The notes beneath the pieces are model-generated. The model saw nothing but the letters and a program-made list of their open reading frames with translations. It was not told the DNA's origin and did no database searches. This document shows, piece after piece, positions 1 to 13,400 of a DNA stretch of 64,000 nucleotides. The DNA is from Stylophora pistillata (Eukaryota): assembly GCF_002571385.2 (NCBI RefSeq), contig NW_019217784.1:791218-855217 (forward strand). Direction: 5' to 3'. The first letter of the stretch is position 1, and each line of letters begins with the position of its first letter. A program made the position numbers and the translations under genes.

Positions 1-3000
1 GATATGTATTGATGTTGTTTTTCAAGATTTGGTAGTTTTTATCGGTCCAAGTGTTTTCAATTCGTGGCGTGACGCTCCGAGATTTGTCTGAAATTTTGAG
101 CTTCAAAAGCGGCATTTGGTCGAAATTCAGTTATTATCGATTTTCTCGAAAATAAATCGATATTCAGCCAAACGAAGTATGCAGTGCTTTGTTTCACCAT
201 TAGGCCTACCTAACTTGAGAATATGAGCCGAATCGATTTTTTGGCTGTTGCCACCAAATGTTTGACCGTTGGTAACATTCGCTCTTAAATCGAACTTTTA
301 AACCCGACCTCGCCTTGGTTTGAGTAGTCATTTCATTGGCTAGCGTGGCTGCCTACTAACACTTTGCTAGGAGTTATGATATTTGCGCTCCTCAAGAAAC
401 CAATTAACGAGACCGACAACATACGTATACAACAAAACCTTTCAGAACTAATGGTTTTTATTTCATGAATTTAAGCTACTTTTTTGACTCTCATTTGTGA
501 ATTTTCCAACTGCTAAGAGTACAAGTTGATGTAAAGCTAGTTTTATAAAGTTTTTAAAAAGTTTCTGGGTTTCATTTTTATCCGACGGTGAAGCCTGCGC
601 GTAAATTTAATTAATAAGACATGGGACGAAAACAGACACGCACAAAACGATTTTCATTGGTTGCAACTGAACTATAATGAAATGAAAATTAGTGTTTTTC
701 AGTTTCAAAATAGGACACGAAGTTTTTTGTTCTTGTTTAATGTTTTATGTTGATGTGCAATCGGTTAGTTTTAGAGTTTGTTTCATTCAGGCAGCTGAAA
801 ATAACTATTACACTTAAAAAAGATCTATTACCATATCTGATTACAAGCAAATTGATCAGCTGTCCACTTGAAGCCGAAATTTCCCATTGATAATACTTTC
901 TACTCTAAACATTGTTATTGCCAAGAAAATTAAATTATCCTTCAATTACGCTTTTATATTAATTCCAAAAAATATCTTATTTTGTCGTTTGACAGAGGTT
1001 AAGCTGGTTCACAGTTAGGCCCCCTCTCCATGTGAAATAATGGTGTATATGAGGTTGAGCTGTGCTGCATAAGAGAAGTCAACAAATATAGTGTTTGATA
1101 GTTAGAAAAGGTTTATTCAAATCTGTCAAGAGATCTGCGCTTGGCATAAGATAGAGGTTTGGAGGCCAGTTCTGGTTGTATACTTCATCAATTTTCACTG
1201 GATTGTGCTCTTTTTATATTTGTATTGTAAAGGCGTTGACGCATGGCAATGCGGTAAAATCAAATATAACACGGCATATGGTTCTGTTCTCTGATAGCTG
1301 TAGGCAAGTGAGTACTGTGCTTTGACCCAATACATTGTATAAGATGTCAGCTCAAGCTTTTCAACAAAGCTCGTCCAGTCTTTTTCAAAGACCTATTTTG
1401 CTGAGAGCCAGTTCTTACAGACGATCGTTGTGACTGACTACACTATGCTTGTGCGATAACATTAGAGAAGTGACGTGGGCAATAAGGTGATCGCAATCGC
1501 ATCCAGAAGCAGAACTGGACTCTGACCCAGACTGGACCCGGCTGACAAACTATCAACGGACAGGCACTCTGACAAGCGGCAACATTCTTCTTTTTTCCTG
1601 CGTGCATGATAGCTATGGAAGGAAGTTGATCGCTTCGATCTTTTCAGTTGTTAAAGAATTCTTCTGGTGATGGTCACCCATAAAGTGATGTTAATTATTT
1701 CCCCGCTACAGGAGTGTTGCGTCAATCGACGCAAATACTTCCACCAAAAATTACAGCGGGAACTGAGTGAATCATCAGATCAACATCCAGCAAAAAAAAT
1801 ATATATATATCTTTACAGTAAAGGGTGGAACCAAAAGTCAAAGATTGTCATGTAGATTGTAATGATATTTAAATATTTCGCTATAATTTTTTATGTTTCC
1901 AAATAATGTTACCCTGATTCATGTTAAATAGATCATGAACCACAAAAAGACACGTAAACATTGCTTATGCGCATGCATGAACGATGCACGACTGTTTCAT
2001 CGAACAGCAAATGGTGGAGCGACGCAAAAGCGTAATGTTGTAAAGAATATGTAATTTCCTTAATACTCTGCCATTAAATTAGAGACATAGCTTATAGAAA
2101 TTTTTAAATAAAATGCCAGGATAGTGATTACATCTCCGAAACCAAGCGCAATTCACAGCACAGGTGTTTACAAAATTTGATAAACAGCAATTCAGCTTTC
2201 AACGGTTGACACTATGATTGGTGCAGCACTGTCGCTACTTTGGGAAGAGGTATTACGGTAGAGACACTACCCCAATCCCTAAGAATACAGGTAATGTTTT
2301 GTATTTACTGACATGCGCTTGGTGATAACGATGTCTTTGCACTGGTAGTTTTTAAGTCGTTAGGTTTATTCAGAAGCCACAATTCACTCAATTTGATGCA
2401 AACTGGTGGCTCTGGATTTAAAATGTTCGTTAGCAAATTATAAACAAAGGTCAACAAAGACTTTCTGAAATGTTTTTGCCTTGATGCATTTACTTCTATT
2501 AATTACATTACCATTATTGAATGGTTTGGTTTTTTTATGTATGCCGCTCGTGCTATCAATAGAAACACATGAGTGATTTATTAGTATTATTTGTATTTCG
2601 GTCTTCTTAACTGTAATGCTTTCTTGAATAATTTCCGACAATATTAAGGATTGAAAGGAAACTACGTATGAACTTTCAGTACACAGTTAACTGGACTATG
2701 ACGTGGAGATTGATCGCCTCAAATGGACAGTGAATTTGCCATAATGGCTGGCAAATAATTGCTTCTTTTGGTCTCGGGAAAATGTTTCGCTCTTGCATTT
2801 TTTAGGTAAATTTTTATTGCTGATAATAACCTATAAATATTGTTTCATCTTTTGCGGGGTACTAAAATTTGAATTAAGTATTTAATTCAATAAAAATAAT
2901 CTACTTCTTTTACCACATGTAAACATACGTCGATTTAAGACCCGACAAAACGGTGATGTAGAGGTTTATTTTGTACTTAATTCCTGATATTTATTTTTTT

Positions 3001-6000
3001 TGAACAGGGTACAGAGCTCAATACGTTTACAAATTGAACTTTGTTTTCTGATCTCGGATTTAGAATTTATGTTTACCTTTTACTTCCTACATCCCCTCAG
3101 GTTTTAGAGAAGATCTGAACTTCTTGTTTAAAAGACTGTTTAAGTCATTGCAAGCATGTAAATCATTTAATATTTGGGAATGAAACTCACAAAAAGCTTA
3201 AACGCTTTTGATTAAGACGACGATTGGGGAATACGGGGATATTAATCGCAAACAGATAGAGAAGAAACATATTCTTGTCTTTAACCTGATCCTATTTTTT
3301 TAGTCCTTTCTTTTTATTTAGCAATAATTTCCATAAAATCTTCTACAATACAAAATATTAACAGCGTAAAAAACGATCCAAAATAACTCACTTTCGGCTC
3401 ACATCTACTCCTTTCTTTTTTTGTCAATGCGTCTGGAAAACTATAAATAACGGAGTCAAATCTGAACAGACTCAAAGTCTAATAATCTGATAAGTAAAAG
3501 CATATCTAAAACTATACAGAAAAGAGAAAGGTGATAATGAAAATTTAAAGAAAAATTAAAAGAAAATTAAAGATCGAAGTGCGAACGCGGTTAAAGTGAA
3601 GATAACATATGTTTATTCCAATCATTATGATTTTTACCATGCTTTTTTAGGAGGAAAGTCGACTTCTTAGTTTCTCTCTGATGTTTTGATTTTTCACAAC
3701 ATATGAAAATTAAAAAATCGAACTGATTAAAAGAGGACGCCATCGATTGAAAGTGAAGAAGCGTTTGATAAAGCTAAGCGTGTAAACTTCCGTTAACTGG
3801 TCGGGTTGAAAGTATTCCAAATGCCATTTGAACAGATAACACTGTTGATTGTCAGAACTGTTATACTTTTTTTCAAACAAGTTACTCTTTTTCCCCCTTT
3901 TCAGTGCTTCAAAAGCACAAGTTGAGTTTGAAGGCTTTACGAATTCGTCTTTCGAGAATTTTCTTACATGCGAATGAAACTCATTTGGTGTATTCAGTTA
4001 GATTTATGCAAAAGGAAAGGATTTTAAGCAAATTTTTTCAACAGTTTATGTCGGCTAAATGCAAGTGAAAACTACATAGAATATAATAGTTGGTGTATAT
4101 ATCGGTCGCCATCGAAAGTTTACAGGAAATGTAAATTTTTGTTTCTTCTTCCCTTTTCAGTATGTAAGTTAAGAAGGAAAACTCCTATCAAACAACTGAT
4201 TAATGAAATTACAATTAGTTCAGATTATCGTCAGATCTGTATTTATTAATTTTTGCAATGTTTTCGAGGAGTGCTTAGTTAAAAGTATCTTCATGACGGT
4301 CGAAACTACCAATGGGAACTTGTTAAAAAGAACTGGCATGCATGAAGGTTTGGTTTCAGTTTTACTTTTCGATAAACATGCGCTTTATCCATTACATGAA
4401 GAGTACTTCCCAAAGAAACTGTCAGCATTATCTTATTGAAGATGACTTAAACGCCACCAGACCCTGAATTAAAACGTGTTAAAATCGTCAATGTACATTC
4501 CAGATCCAAGCAATTAGCTCATACTGCACCGAACATCAACACTTTTGTCTGGCACGAAATACCGACATATTTAAATGACTGCTTGTCACAAGATTCTATC
4601 TACAAGTTACTTTAATTATTTTCATTTTTCATATTTTGTCAGTTGTCATTCCGATCTATAATCTGCCCGAAGGTCAGAGTGTAGGAGATTCAGGCTTGAA
4701 GTGAAACAAAAAAGTTTGTCATTTTGCATCTTCGCCGCATCGTTATGGTGTGATTATACTAAAAACACACGCAGCTGGTTTGAGATGAATACATCAATAG
4801 GTGGTTTGCACGTTACGTCATTGCAGCCATGTTGGTGGACGTAAACAATAGATATCTCATTAGCTTCTTTTGTTCGTCCACCAGCATTTGTTCCTTTCAC
4901 CATTATTACCTGTGTCTCTAGAGATTGGTTGCAAACCACCTGGGACTCTATTACTGCATAGTTGCAAAGCTGGTCACGTGGCAATACTAATTTGGAGACT
5001 CTCTCCCTTTGTTTGACTTTTACGTCATGAACTGATTTTCCTTTGTATGCGTGGGCTAAACACTGCTGCAACACAGCATTTCGGATTTGAATGTACTTTG
5101 TCACTTACGTCCAATCTAAGGCTTATAGATTTTGAGTAAGATGGTGAATACAAAGATTAATATACAAGGAGTATTATTCATTTTGGTATCAATAAGTGAT
5201 CAGTGAAAAGGAAAATTTTTATAAAACTGGAGTACTAGTCACGAATTTCCGCGCTTTCGGCACAAGCAACGTAAGAGCGAATGTATCTTCCAAACACAGA
5301 TCACAATACTACAATTTCATTTGGACGGCCAAAAGCACAATAACCTTAAGTTTAAGAACGAGTTTCAGCGCTTTTCAAGCGTATTTGAAATTTATTGATT
5401 GAAAAGTTTCCTTGATCTTTGAGGAGTAGTAAAAGCTCTTAACGCTTATTGGTCTACTTTAGAAAAAGGTCCAGAAATTTGTGTCACGAACCATTTATCA
5501 TCTCAGTTGGAGAAGGGAAGAATTTTTATGTTTTTTGATAGTCAACCCTAAGAGAGGTTGGTAACACTGGATTTGTCTTTTCCAAAGAATTTGTGTCTCA
5601 GTAAAGCCAAAAAACAAAACGGGATTGAAAACCGACTTAACATCATGGGGTTGAAAATCAAATACTTGTGCAGACTGAAGAGAATACCCTCAAAGATAGA
5701 GAAGCTAAATATGAGGAAAAAATTAGCCGTAGTAGTAATGCCGAAATTTCTTTTCCTCATCGTAAATTGTAAACTAGTCAGGGTTCCTTTTCCTTCGGTG
5801 TGGTAAAAATTAATCGTAACTGCCTTGTCTTGTATTATTATCAAAGCAAGGTAAACAAATTAAATAGTCAAGGACACAAATGCAAGCTTAATGTAAGTTT
5901 CTTCTTTTTCAAAAATAAAAATTTCTGCTTACATCGTCTGTATTTTGTTGAAATTGTAGAAAATAAAACACTAAAAACTACCTCTCAAAAAGTGATAATC

Positions 6001-6627
6001 ATTTTCACTATATGAAACTTTAAGGTAAATCAAAACTGCTAAAAAGATCACTGTTATATCTTTCATTTCGAAGATGGCCATACCCAAAATCTTTTGCATG
6101 TCAAGTTTCTGTAGTTACATTTATAGTAAATGTAATGTGATGAATGTAAAACAAACGAACAAATAAGAAAAGAAAACAGCAAGAGAAACGAGAATTCCAT
6201 ACTGCAAAGAGAAAAATTACTAAGGAGAAGAAAGAGGGTCAGGTTTCATTCCATTTTTAGTGAAGTGTTATTGATTGATATCCCCAGTATGAAAAAATTA
6301 AAATTATGATTATCATAAGTAGGGATATCGAAGGATTATGTGGCTATACTGGCCGAACTCATCGTTTAACATGAGCACAGTGAACTTAACTGTAGTTAGG
6401 AAGTAGGTTTTGAATTCTGTGCTCAAGACACCTCGGAAAACTCCATGCTGATTGTTTGCAAAATGGTCGCGGAAACTCGCCTAATGATAAACGAAGCCTT
6501 TGTTGTAAGTTTCCTGGTGGCCAGGTGCTTTCCGCACCTTAACGAACAAACCTTATTGTAAGAAGCCTCTCGATTAAAATAACTAAAAACCAGGCTACAA
6601 TGTCTTTCCGTGTATTTGTTTAAAACC

Positions 6628-6852
6628 AAAGTTGAAATGGTAAATTGGCCACCGTAATGATTACAAAAGCTGACGTTTCGAGCGTTAGCCCTTCTTCGGA
6701 TCCGACGAAGGGCTAACGCTCGAAACGTCAGCTTTTGTAATCATTACGGTGGCCAATTTACCATTTCAACTTTGTTGATATATCCAAATTATTTCGTTAC
6801 TCCCACCGACGCAGCCCCAAACAGTTTCTTTCGAAACTATCAGCCTTTATTC
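6628..6852 (+). mobile_element. Short Penelope-like (pseudo-LTR) insertion with 5' inversion forming a 146-bp palindrome; hammerhead-like cores
   Basis: 6628-6773 is self-complementary about 6700/6701 with one mismatch (6695/6706). It contains CCGACGA-AGGGCTAACGCTC-GAAA-CGTC (6702-6729). A 15-bp direct repeat ATTTGTTTAAAACCA lies at 6614-6628 and 6853-6867 (TSD). Confidence 0.75.
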
Positions 6853-7900
6853 ATTTGTTTAAAACCATTGTTCATTTGTTTGGTTATGAATAGCGCTAAA
6901 AAGACTTGTTATTCAAATTAGGCATAGTTTGTGACTTACTCACAAATTTTCTTCCGATGATCCCTGTTTCTCAGATGAGTTATAAAGCATACCAAGTTAC
7001 CAAGTTACTCTGGCCCAAAAGTCACAGATTTGCCTTAGATTGAAACCTCAACTGTTTATGATTTTTTTTTTTTTTATCATTGGAGTTGAAACAAACAGAA
7101 TGTGTAGACGAGGACTATTGAAAGATCCTCAGCCGCCTAACAAGGTAACCGCAGACTCTGGCGTAACATTTTCCTTTATCTTCACTTTTTGCCCGATCAT
7201 GTGTTGATGGCAAATTTTTGCCACCAACTTTGCTTTGATAGCATTATTAACGTTAAAGATCGATTCATTTCAAGCGCTTTTAACGTGTTAGTAAACACAC
7301 TTTTCCCGACATAATTTTTCCTTTAATTATTAACTAAGGGTCGACGAGAAAACTGTAATATAAGAAATCACCAATAGATTAGACAATTCGCTTTTGGCGA
7401 CGGACCATGCTCCAATTATTATTATCATTTTTTTAAGATATTGTGAGCTGTTAGGGCTCGGAATGAGATACTAAGTGAGATCACGCGTTACATCACCTTC
7501 CCCTTATTCTGACTGCTATTTGTTTAGTGTAACTCGCCACTAGTGAAGTTTCTAGTATAGGAGATAAACCCAGTTCTTAGAAAGGTCAGATTTAGGGAAT
7601 TGAAGTGCTACGCTAGTACAAGTTTACAGTTTGTAACCATTTGCACTCTGTTTATCAAAAGTAACTCACTAGTAAATGTCTTGTGTGGGTTGATGAAAGA
7701 AAAGAGGCCCTCCACCGCATCCACTTGTTACTCTTTTTTTTTTCTTTCTACTTTTGTAAATATTTGTGGAAAATGGGAGTGCCTACTTCATTTCCCGGTC
7801 AGCAGCAACTGCAGTAAACGTTACTGGTAATGCCGATGGCATAGTGACTTGTTAAGATAGAAAATAGATTTTGTGTATTTCTTTGATGCCGATACCATTA

Positions 7901-8160
7901 TAAATGTTATTCACCAGACGGGAGGTCCGTATTGGGAAAAACTGTGCCCGAGGTCTTGGATACCGCCCGAGATCGGAGGCCTGATTTGGATAATTACGAA
8001 AAGTTGCAACGAAGCAAGAGATCTTCTGCAAAGCGACTCGACATGAAACGGTTACCTCCCGCTGAGAGCGGGCCGGATGAGAGAATACTGCCCACTCTCG
8101 AAACCAATCAGATCGCAGGATTTGTAGAATACCGCCTGTTCACGAACTAAGAAAAAAAAT
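7901..8160. repeat. Dispersed non-autonomous repeat (MITE-like)
   Basis: The 3' part (GAGAATACTGCCCACTCT...CACGAACT.AGAAAAAAA) recurs with high similarity at about 27320-27420. Confidence 0.6.
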
Positions 8161-8530
8161 AGTATTGAGCATCACAATAAGCGAGCGCTTTGATTGTCCA
8201 TCATCCATCCCATCGTTTTTTAGTTCCTTCCCATTTATCCTATTTTTGTAATGTTTAAATGAGTGAAACTTTGCAATAATCATATCCATGGCATTCGAGA
8301 GACAAAAATTAACGAAAAAGATTGGTATCGTTGCAGGTGTTGTAGGGCGATCAGCGATATTACATTCTGAAGACAAGAAAGATTTCAAAAGTGAGAAGCC
8401 GTTCACTTCGCTCTAGTGCAAGCAGACAGATTGATAGTTTATGAACGATTAACTATGACCAGACATTGATTTAGTTTCATCTTCAATATAAAGAGACAAG
8501 ACCGAGTGCTAAGTCTACTGAGCAGACAAA

Positions 8531-9652
8531 ATGACAGTTAATTCAACTCATCCTACACAAAGCCCGACGGAGAGAAATGTGCGCTTGGGTTTTTTCATCG
8601 CCACGTTTGTTATTGGACTTGTTGGAAACCTTCTGGTAATCGTTATCATAACCAAGCGAGCCAAGAAAACTGTCAACGATTTTTTCATTATGAATTTAGC
8701 CGTGTCCGACCTTATGCTTATCTTCTTTCTACCGCTGCACATCTACGGCATGTTTGACACTATTCGTGTCACAGCATTTTTCTGTCATTTCATTCGCCCT
8801 CTCATGACAGCATCGTTCTTCGTCAGTGTCTACACCCTCACCTCAATGGCCATTCATCGGTGTCACGTGATCTTGCATCCTTTCAAACAGGAAATGCGTC
8901 ACAAGTCCGCTGTTTTATGGATAATAGCACTGTGGATTATGTCATTTGCAAATGTTCTTCCATTGATGATTGTCACCACACCAGACCCACCATTCGAATG
9001 TCTTGAAAACTGGCCGAGTTTGAATCACAGGCGGGCATATACAGCTGCTCTCTTTGTACTTCAGTACATCCTTCCACTGGTTATCATCGCAATAGCATAT
9101 ATCAGAATAGGTTTGGATCTTAACCGCTCGTGTTCTCGTAGTTTCAGAACTGCCAGGGCTTCCAAAAGCCTGAAGAACCAGGCAAGACGGCGAGAAAACT
9201 TTAAAGTAACTAAAACTCTGGCGATAATCGTCATGATATTTGCAGTGTGTATGCTACCCAGTCAGGTGGGTTGGATGTTGTTGGATTTTGGTGACACAAA
9301 ACAAAAAGCGATCGCCATTAAGGTGATTTTTAAATTTTCACTTGTTCTCACTGTGTTTCACAGTTGCCTGAATCCTCTTGTTTATGGAAGCATCACTAAA
9401 CAGTTTCGCCGTGGCTACGTGAAATATCTGTCGTATTTGTGTTACTGTTGTAGAAGTTCCATCTTGAGAGAAATCAAGATATTGCGCATTTCAGAAAGCT
9501 CATCCCAAAAAGGCCCTGACGACTTTAAACGTGCGCACAATGGACTTCTAGGAAATGCCGGACTCGAAGCAATATGTTCTCCAAAATCGAAACAAATTAG
9601 AGATGAATTATCTTCAAGCTATGAGACATTTGATGTTGTGACCGTACTTTAG
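8531..9652 (+). CDS. Single-exon rhodopsin-like (class A) GPCR, neuropeptide-receptor-like, 373 aa
   Basis: Seven hydrophobic segments. Motifs: TM1 GN (GLVGNLLV), TM2 NLAVSD, TM3 HRC at the DRY position, TM5 YILP, TM6 CMLP, TM7 NPLVY. ECL2 CLENW; Cys-rich tail CYCC. Confidence 0.93.
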   Translation: MTVNSTHPTQSPTERNVRLGFFIATFVIGLVGNLLVIVIITKRAKKTVNDFFIMNLAVSDLMLIFFLPLHIYGMFDTIRVTAFFCHFIRPLMTASFFVSVYTLTSMAIHRCHVILHPFKQEMRHKSAVLWIIALWIMSFANVLPLMIVTTPDPPFECLENWPSLNHRRAYTAALFVLQYILPLVIIAIAYIRIGLDLNRSCSRSFRTARASKSLKNQARRRENFKVTKTLAIIVMIFAVCMLPSQVGWMLLDFGDTKQKAIAIKVIFKFSLVLTVFHSCLNPLVYGSITKQFRRGYVKYLSYLCYCCRSSILREIKILRISESSSQKGPDDFKRAHNGLLGNAGLEAICSPKSKQIRDELSSSYETFDVVTVL

Positions 9653-10406
9653 AAAGAACTTGATGAATGTCGCATTGTAACATTTAGAGATAAATTAAAT
9701 TACCTGCGGTATGTTCTGAGATTTGAATAGTAATGACGCAAACTATAAATCCTTAAGTTTGTTGTAAAACTGGACGAAATTTTTCATCTGTACATTACAT
9801 ACTTTAAAGTACAAGAATACATGTGCTCATATACCTAGTATTTGGTTGGCGGACGTTTTATTCAAGACAGATTTTCTGTTCCCTAAGTTTTCCGTGTCCT
9901 CTAACAAGTTCAAGGAGGTGCCGGTCAGTAGGACCACTGAATGATCAACATCTTGAAACAAGTGCTGCATGAGCGAAAATTTTTTTTTTGTCTTATCCCG
10001 AGCATGAGACAACGGATAATTTTTTCTTTGTCCGTTCGCGACAAGAATAAAAACAAAATCTTTACCGAGCTCAAAATTTACTATCTTTCTTTAACAAACA
10101 TGTACTGTGTTATATGGCTGAAACAGATACAACTATATCAATCATAGGTTTCCTCAGCACACTTTTTTTTAACACAATTCACCACACAACTATTTACTAA
10201 CATAATTATTGGAAATCCCCGACAAAGAGACATCTGTATTAGCATAAAGTACTTTCTTCCTATTGATCTATTTTGGGCGTGGCCTCTCAACACAGAGGTC
10301 TGAAATCTAAGGAAGATTCGTGTACAAGAATGTGGTCGATCACAAATGAGTACTGTTCATTCTATTCATGGCTGAATTACGTTCAATCATAAAATACGCC
10401 AAGGTT

Positions 10407-13400
10407 TTAAATATACATTTGTTGTACTACGAGACCTGGCAAGTCCACTGTAACTCTTCCTTTCAAGCGATTCATTTCTTGATTAGTCCTGTGGATATCC
10501 TGCTCTGACGCCGCAAAACGAATTTGAATTTCACGAGCCTTTTTTAAGTTTTGTAATGCTTCTTCAGTTGAATCAAGGGCTCCAAGAGCACATCCCAATC
10601 CATAATAAGCTCTAGCAGTGTCCACATGATTGTCACCTAAATAAACAAAACATAATCAGAGTTAAGAAAACAAAAACAAAAGTAATTTGTTGGCCAATCT
10701 CTAGCTGACGATGTAAGTAGTTTTTACCAGAGTTTTAAAACGGATCGTAGTCATTAGAAGAAATGTGAGTTTATTGCCTGGCACGTTGCTTTGAGTTTGA
10801 GCCTTGACAAGGTCAGTGAAATAGTTTCAGAAGAGAATGATCTAATTCTTGCAACAACCAACAGACATTTACTACTACTGACTCTATAACAATCTATAAC
10901 TGTGGACAGGCACAACTTTTAGGCACATTTTTGAGGTGAGTAACTTGAACCTTCTCCGCTGTCTTTTCATATTTGCGCTAGTTACCTTTAATACTCACTC
11001 AGTATAAGAATTGCAAATATCTGCTGCAGAACTTTTTACAAAGCATATTTCTCACACCCTGTCGTTAGGAAGGGTGTGTAAAAACTACTTTGAGAGTATT
11101 TACCTAGAAGATATTTCCTCATTTCAAGGGACTCTCTCTTGCACGCTACAGCACGCTTAAGATCACCAAGACTCTGATGAGCATCACCAAGGTAATGTAA
11201 TAAGGAGGCTGTAAAGGGGTGTTGCCCCAGTAGCTCTCTATATCTGACCAAACAGATGTTTGTCCAGATGTTGATTGCAGCTCTTAAGTTTCCACTGACA
11301 AACATGGCCACTGCAAGAATAAAGATGAATGACAATCAGTACTCGCCAGGGTATAGAACATATGGATGCATTAGTTACCATTTGGCAAAAGCTGCATGTT
11401 AATACAAGTCAACCTCCCTTCGTAGCCACAACTTATAAGCGACCACCTGCGACCAACTCTCCTTTGTGACCATTTTTTCAAAATACCAAACGTTTCCAAG
11501 TTGAATCGCTGAAAATGGAAGCTCTCATAAGTGACCAGCTGTCATTAGTGAGCACTTTTTGAGATGCTTGTCTACAACTTTCAATTGTGTTTAACCTCTC
11601 TTTGGTGACCAATTCAACAACAATCAGCTTTATCTCTTGTGAGTGGAAACTGAAAATTGTTTCAAAAAATGTTGTTACATAGAGTAACAAACAAGCCAAG
11701 TTTGTTTCACATGAATTCCCCCAAACTCTGTATTAAATACTTTGTGAGATACAACCACCTCCCATAAGAGGCCACTTGGACATGACATTTCAGGCAATCA
11801 CTTACGGTAGGTCTGACTATTTTTCTAAATCATAATACTGTAATATAAAAGTGCAAACAGCACAGCTGTTAATTCTCAATACATACTTGCTAGATCACAA
11901 AAGCCACCAGCAAGGAGCATGCGTTCCACTTTACCAGATCCATCAGAGCGTACCCTCCTCTTCCGTATAGCAATTCCTTGTGCTATGAGTGAGATACCTT
12001 TACTTTTGTCCCCAGAAATGACAGTGCAAAGACCCAGCTTGCACTTACAGTGACCCACACATTCTGTATCAGAAATCAAAAGTTCACTTTGAAGTTCATG
12101 TGCTTGCTGGAGGCTTTCTTTTGCAGATGTGTGGAATGCATCCTTGTAGCCATAGTAACACAGCTGTTTAAATCCAATGGAAACAAGACACTCACTGTGA
12201 AGGATGTTGTCATTTAGTTTAACAGCTGCCTTTAAACACTGTGAATACACAGACATGAATTCATCTATGTTTAATACTTTTGCCAAAAAGTTGACAGCAT
12301 TGGTGGAGACAGACAGTCCATCACGCTCTAACTGATCACCACAATCTTCAACTGATGCCACAAGAGCATGAATGATGTTAGTCTTGCAGTTGTGATATTT
12401 TTCTATGGCATTTCTACAGTCTGTACCTATAAATTCTTCACTCAGATCTTGCAGAACTGCGAGATAATGCCTTGAAAACAGTTTAATTGCTGTGCTGTAT
12501 TCCCTACAGGTTTCTTCCATTGATGACCTGCAAAATGCTTGTACAAGAGGATGCAAGCTATAGTACAGTTGATTGTTCACTTCATCTAGCTGTAAGAGTG
12601 AATGTTGCTCAAGAGTGTCAAGCATATACTGGAAATCTAAAAAATCCTCAGTTGGAAACAACACATCTTTTGCTTCCTCTTTGGTAAATAATTTTGGGAA
12701 TGAAGCCAAAAAACCAAGGGCTTTCTTCATTTCAGGCTGTAGATTGTTATAAAATACTTTAAGATGGGAATTTAACACTTGAATTTTTTGGCTCTTCCCT
12801 TTAAGAAAATTGTGAGGACAGTTTTGTAACTTTCTGTGGAGATCACTTGAGTTAACTGTTTTTTTTTTCAAAAATGATGCTGTTATGTTCAGTAGCAGGG
12901 GGATACCATGGCAAGCAATGCCAAATTCCTTTGCCCTTTGATTTGAGATGTTAGGTACACAGTTCTTGAGAAAGAGCAATGAGTCCTCATTGGCTAGTGG
13001 TCTCAGGGGAAAATGTCTGGTGGCAAAAGGCCAGAGTTCTAATGTTGAGATAGGGGTCCTACTTGTGATAAGTGTGACAAGAGTTTTTGCATGGTCACCA
13101 ATATTCTTCAAAAGTTTATAAAAGTCTGACTCATCTTTAGCTTGCAAGTCTTCAGCATTATCCAGAATAAGCACTGTTGGCTTTTGCAGGGAAGTTAAAT
13201 ATCTTTTCAGCATTGAGATTGCATCTTGCTGATCAGCACGAGTACCAACTGCTTCCTCTAACAAGAGTTCAGCTGCACATGTAAGAGATGACACTGATCT
13301 CAGGCACATGTATATCACATCTTTTTTTCCTTGACTCAGTATCATGTTCCCAACAGCTTTTGCAAGGGCAGTTTTTCCAAATCCTGGAGGTGCAACAACA

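Noticed and set aside
990-1560. Coding-like minus-strand stretch
   Set aside because: The frames are interrupted and no family is recognisable, so I cannot support a call.
4754-5104. 116-aa minus-strand ORF
   Set aside because: GTG start directly after a stop, no recognisable motif, and no supported splice partners.
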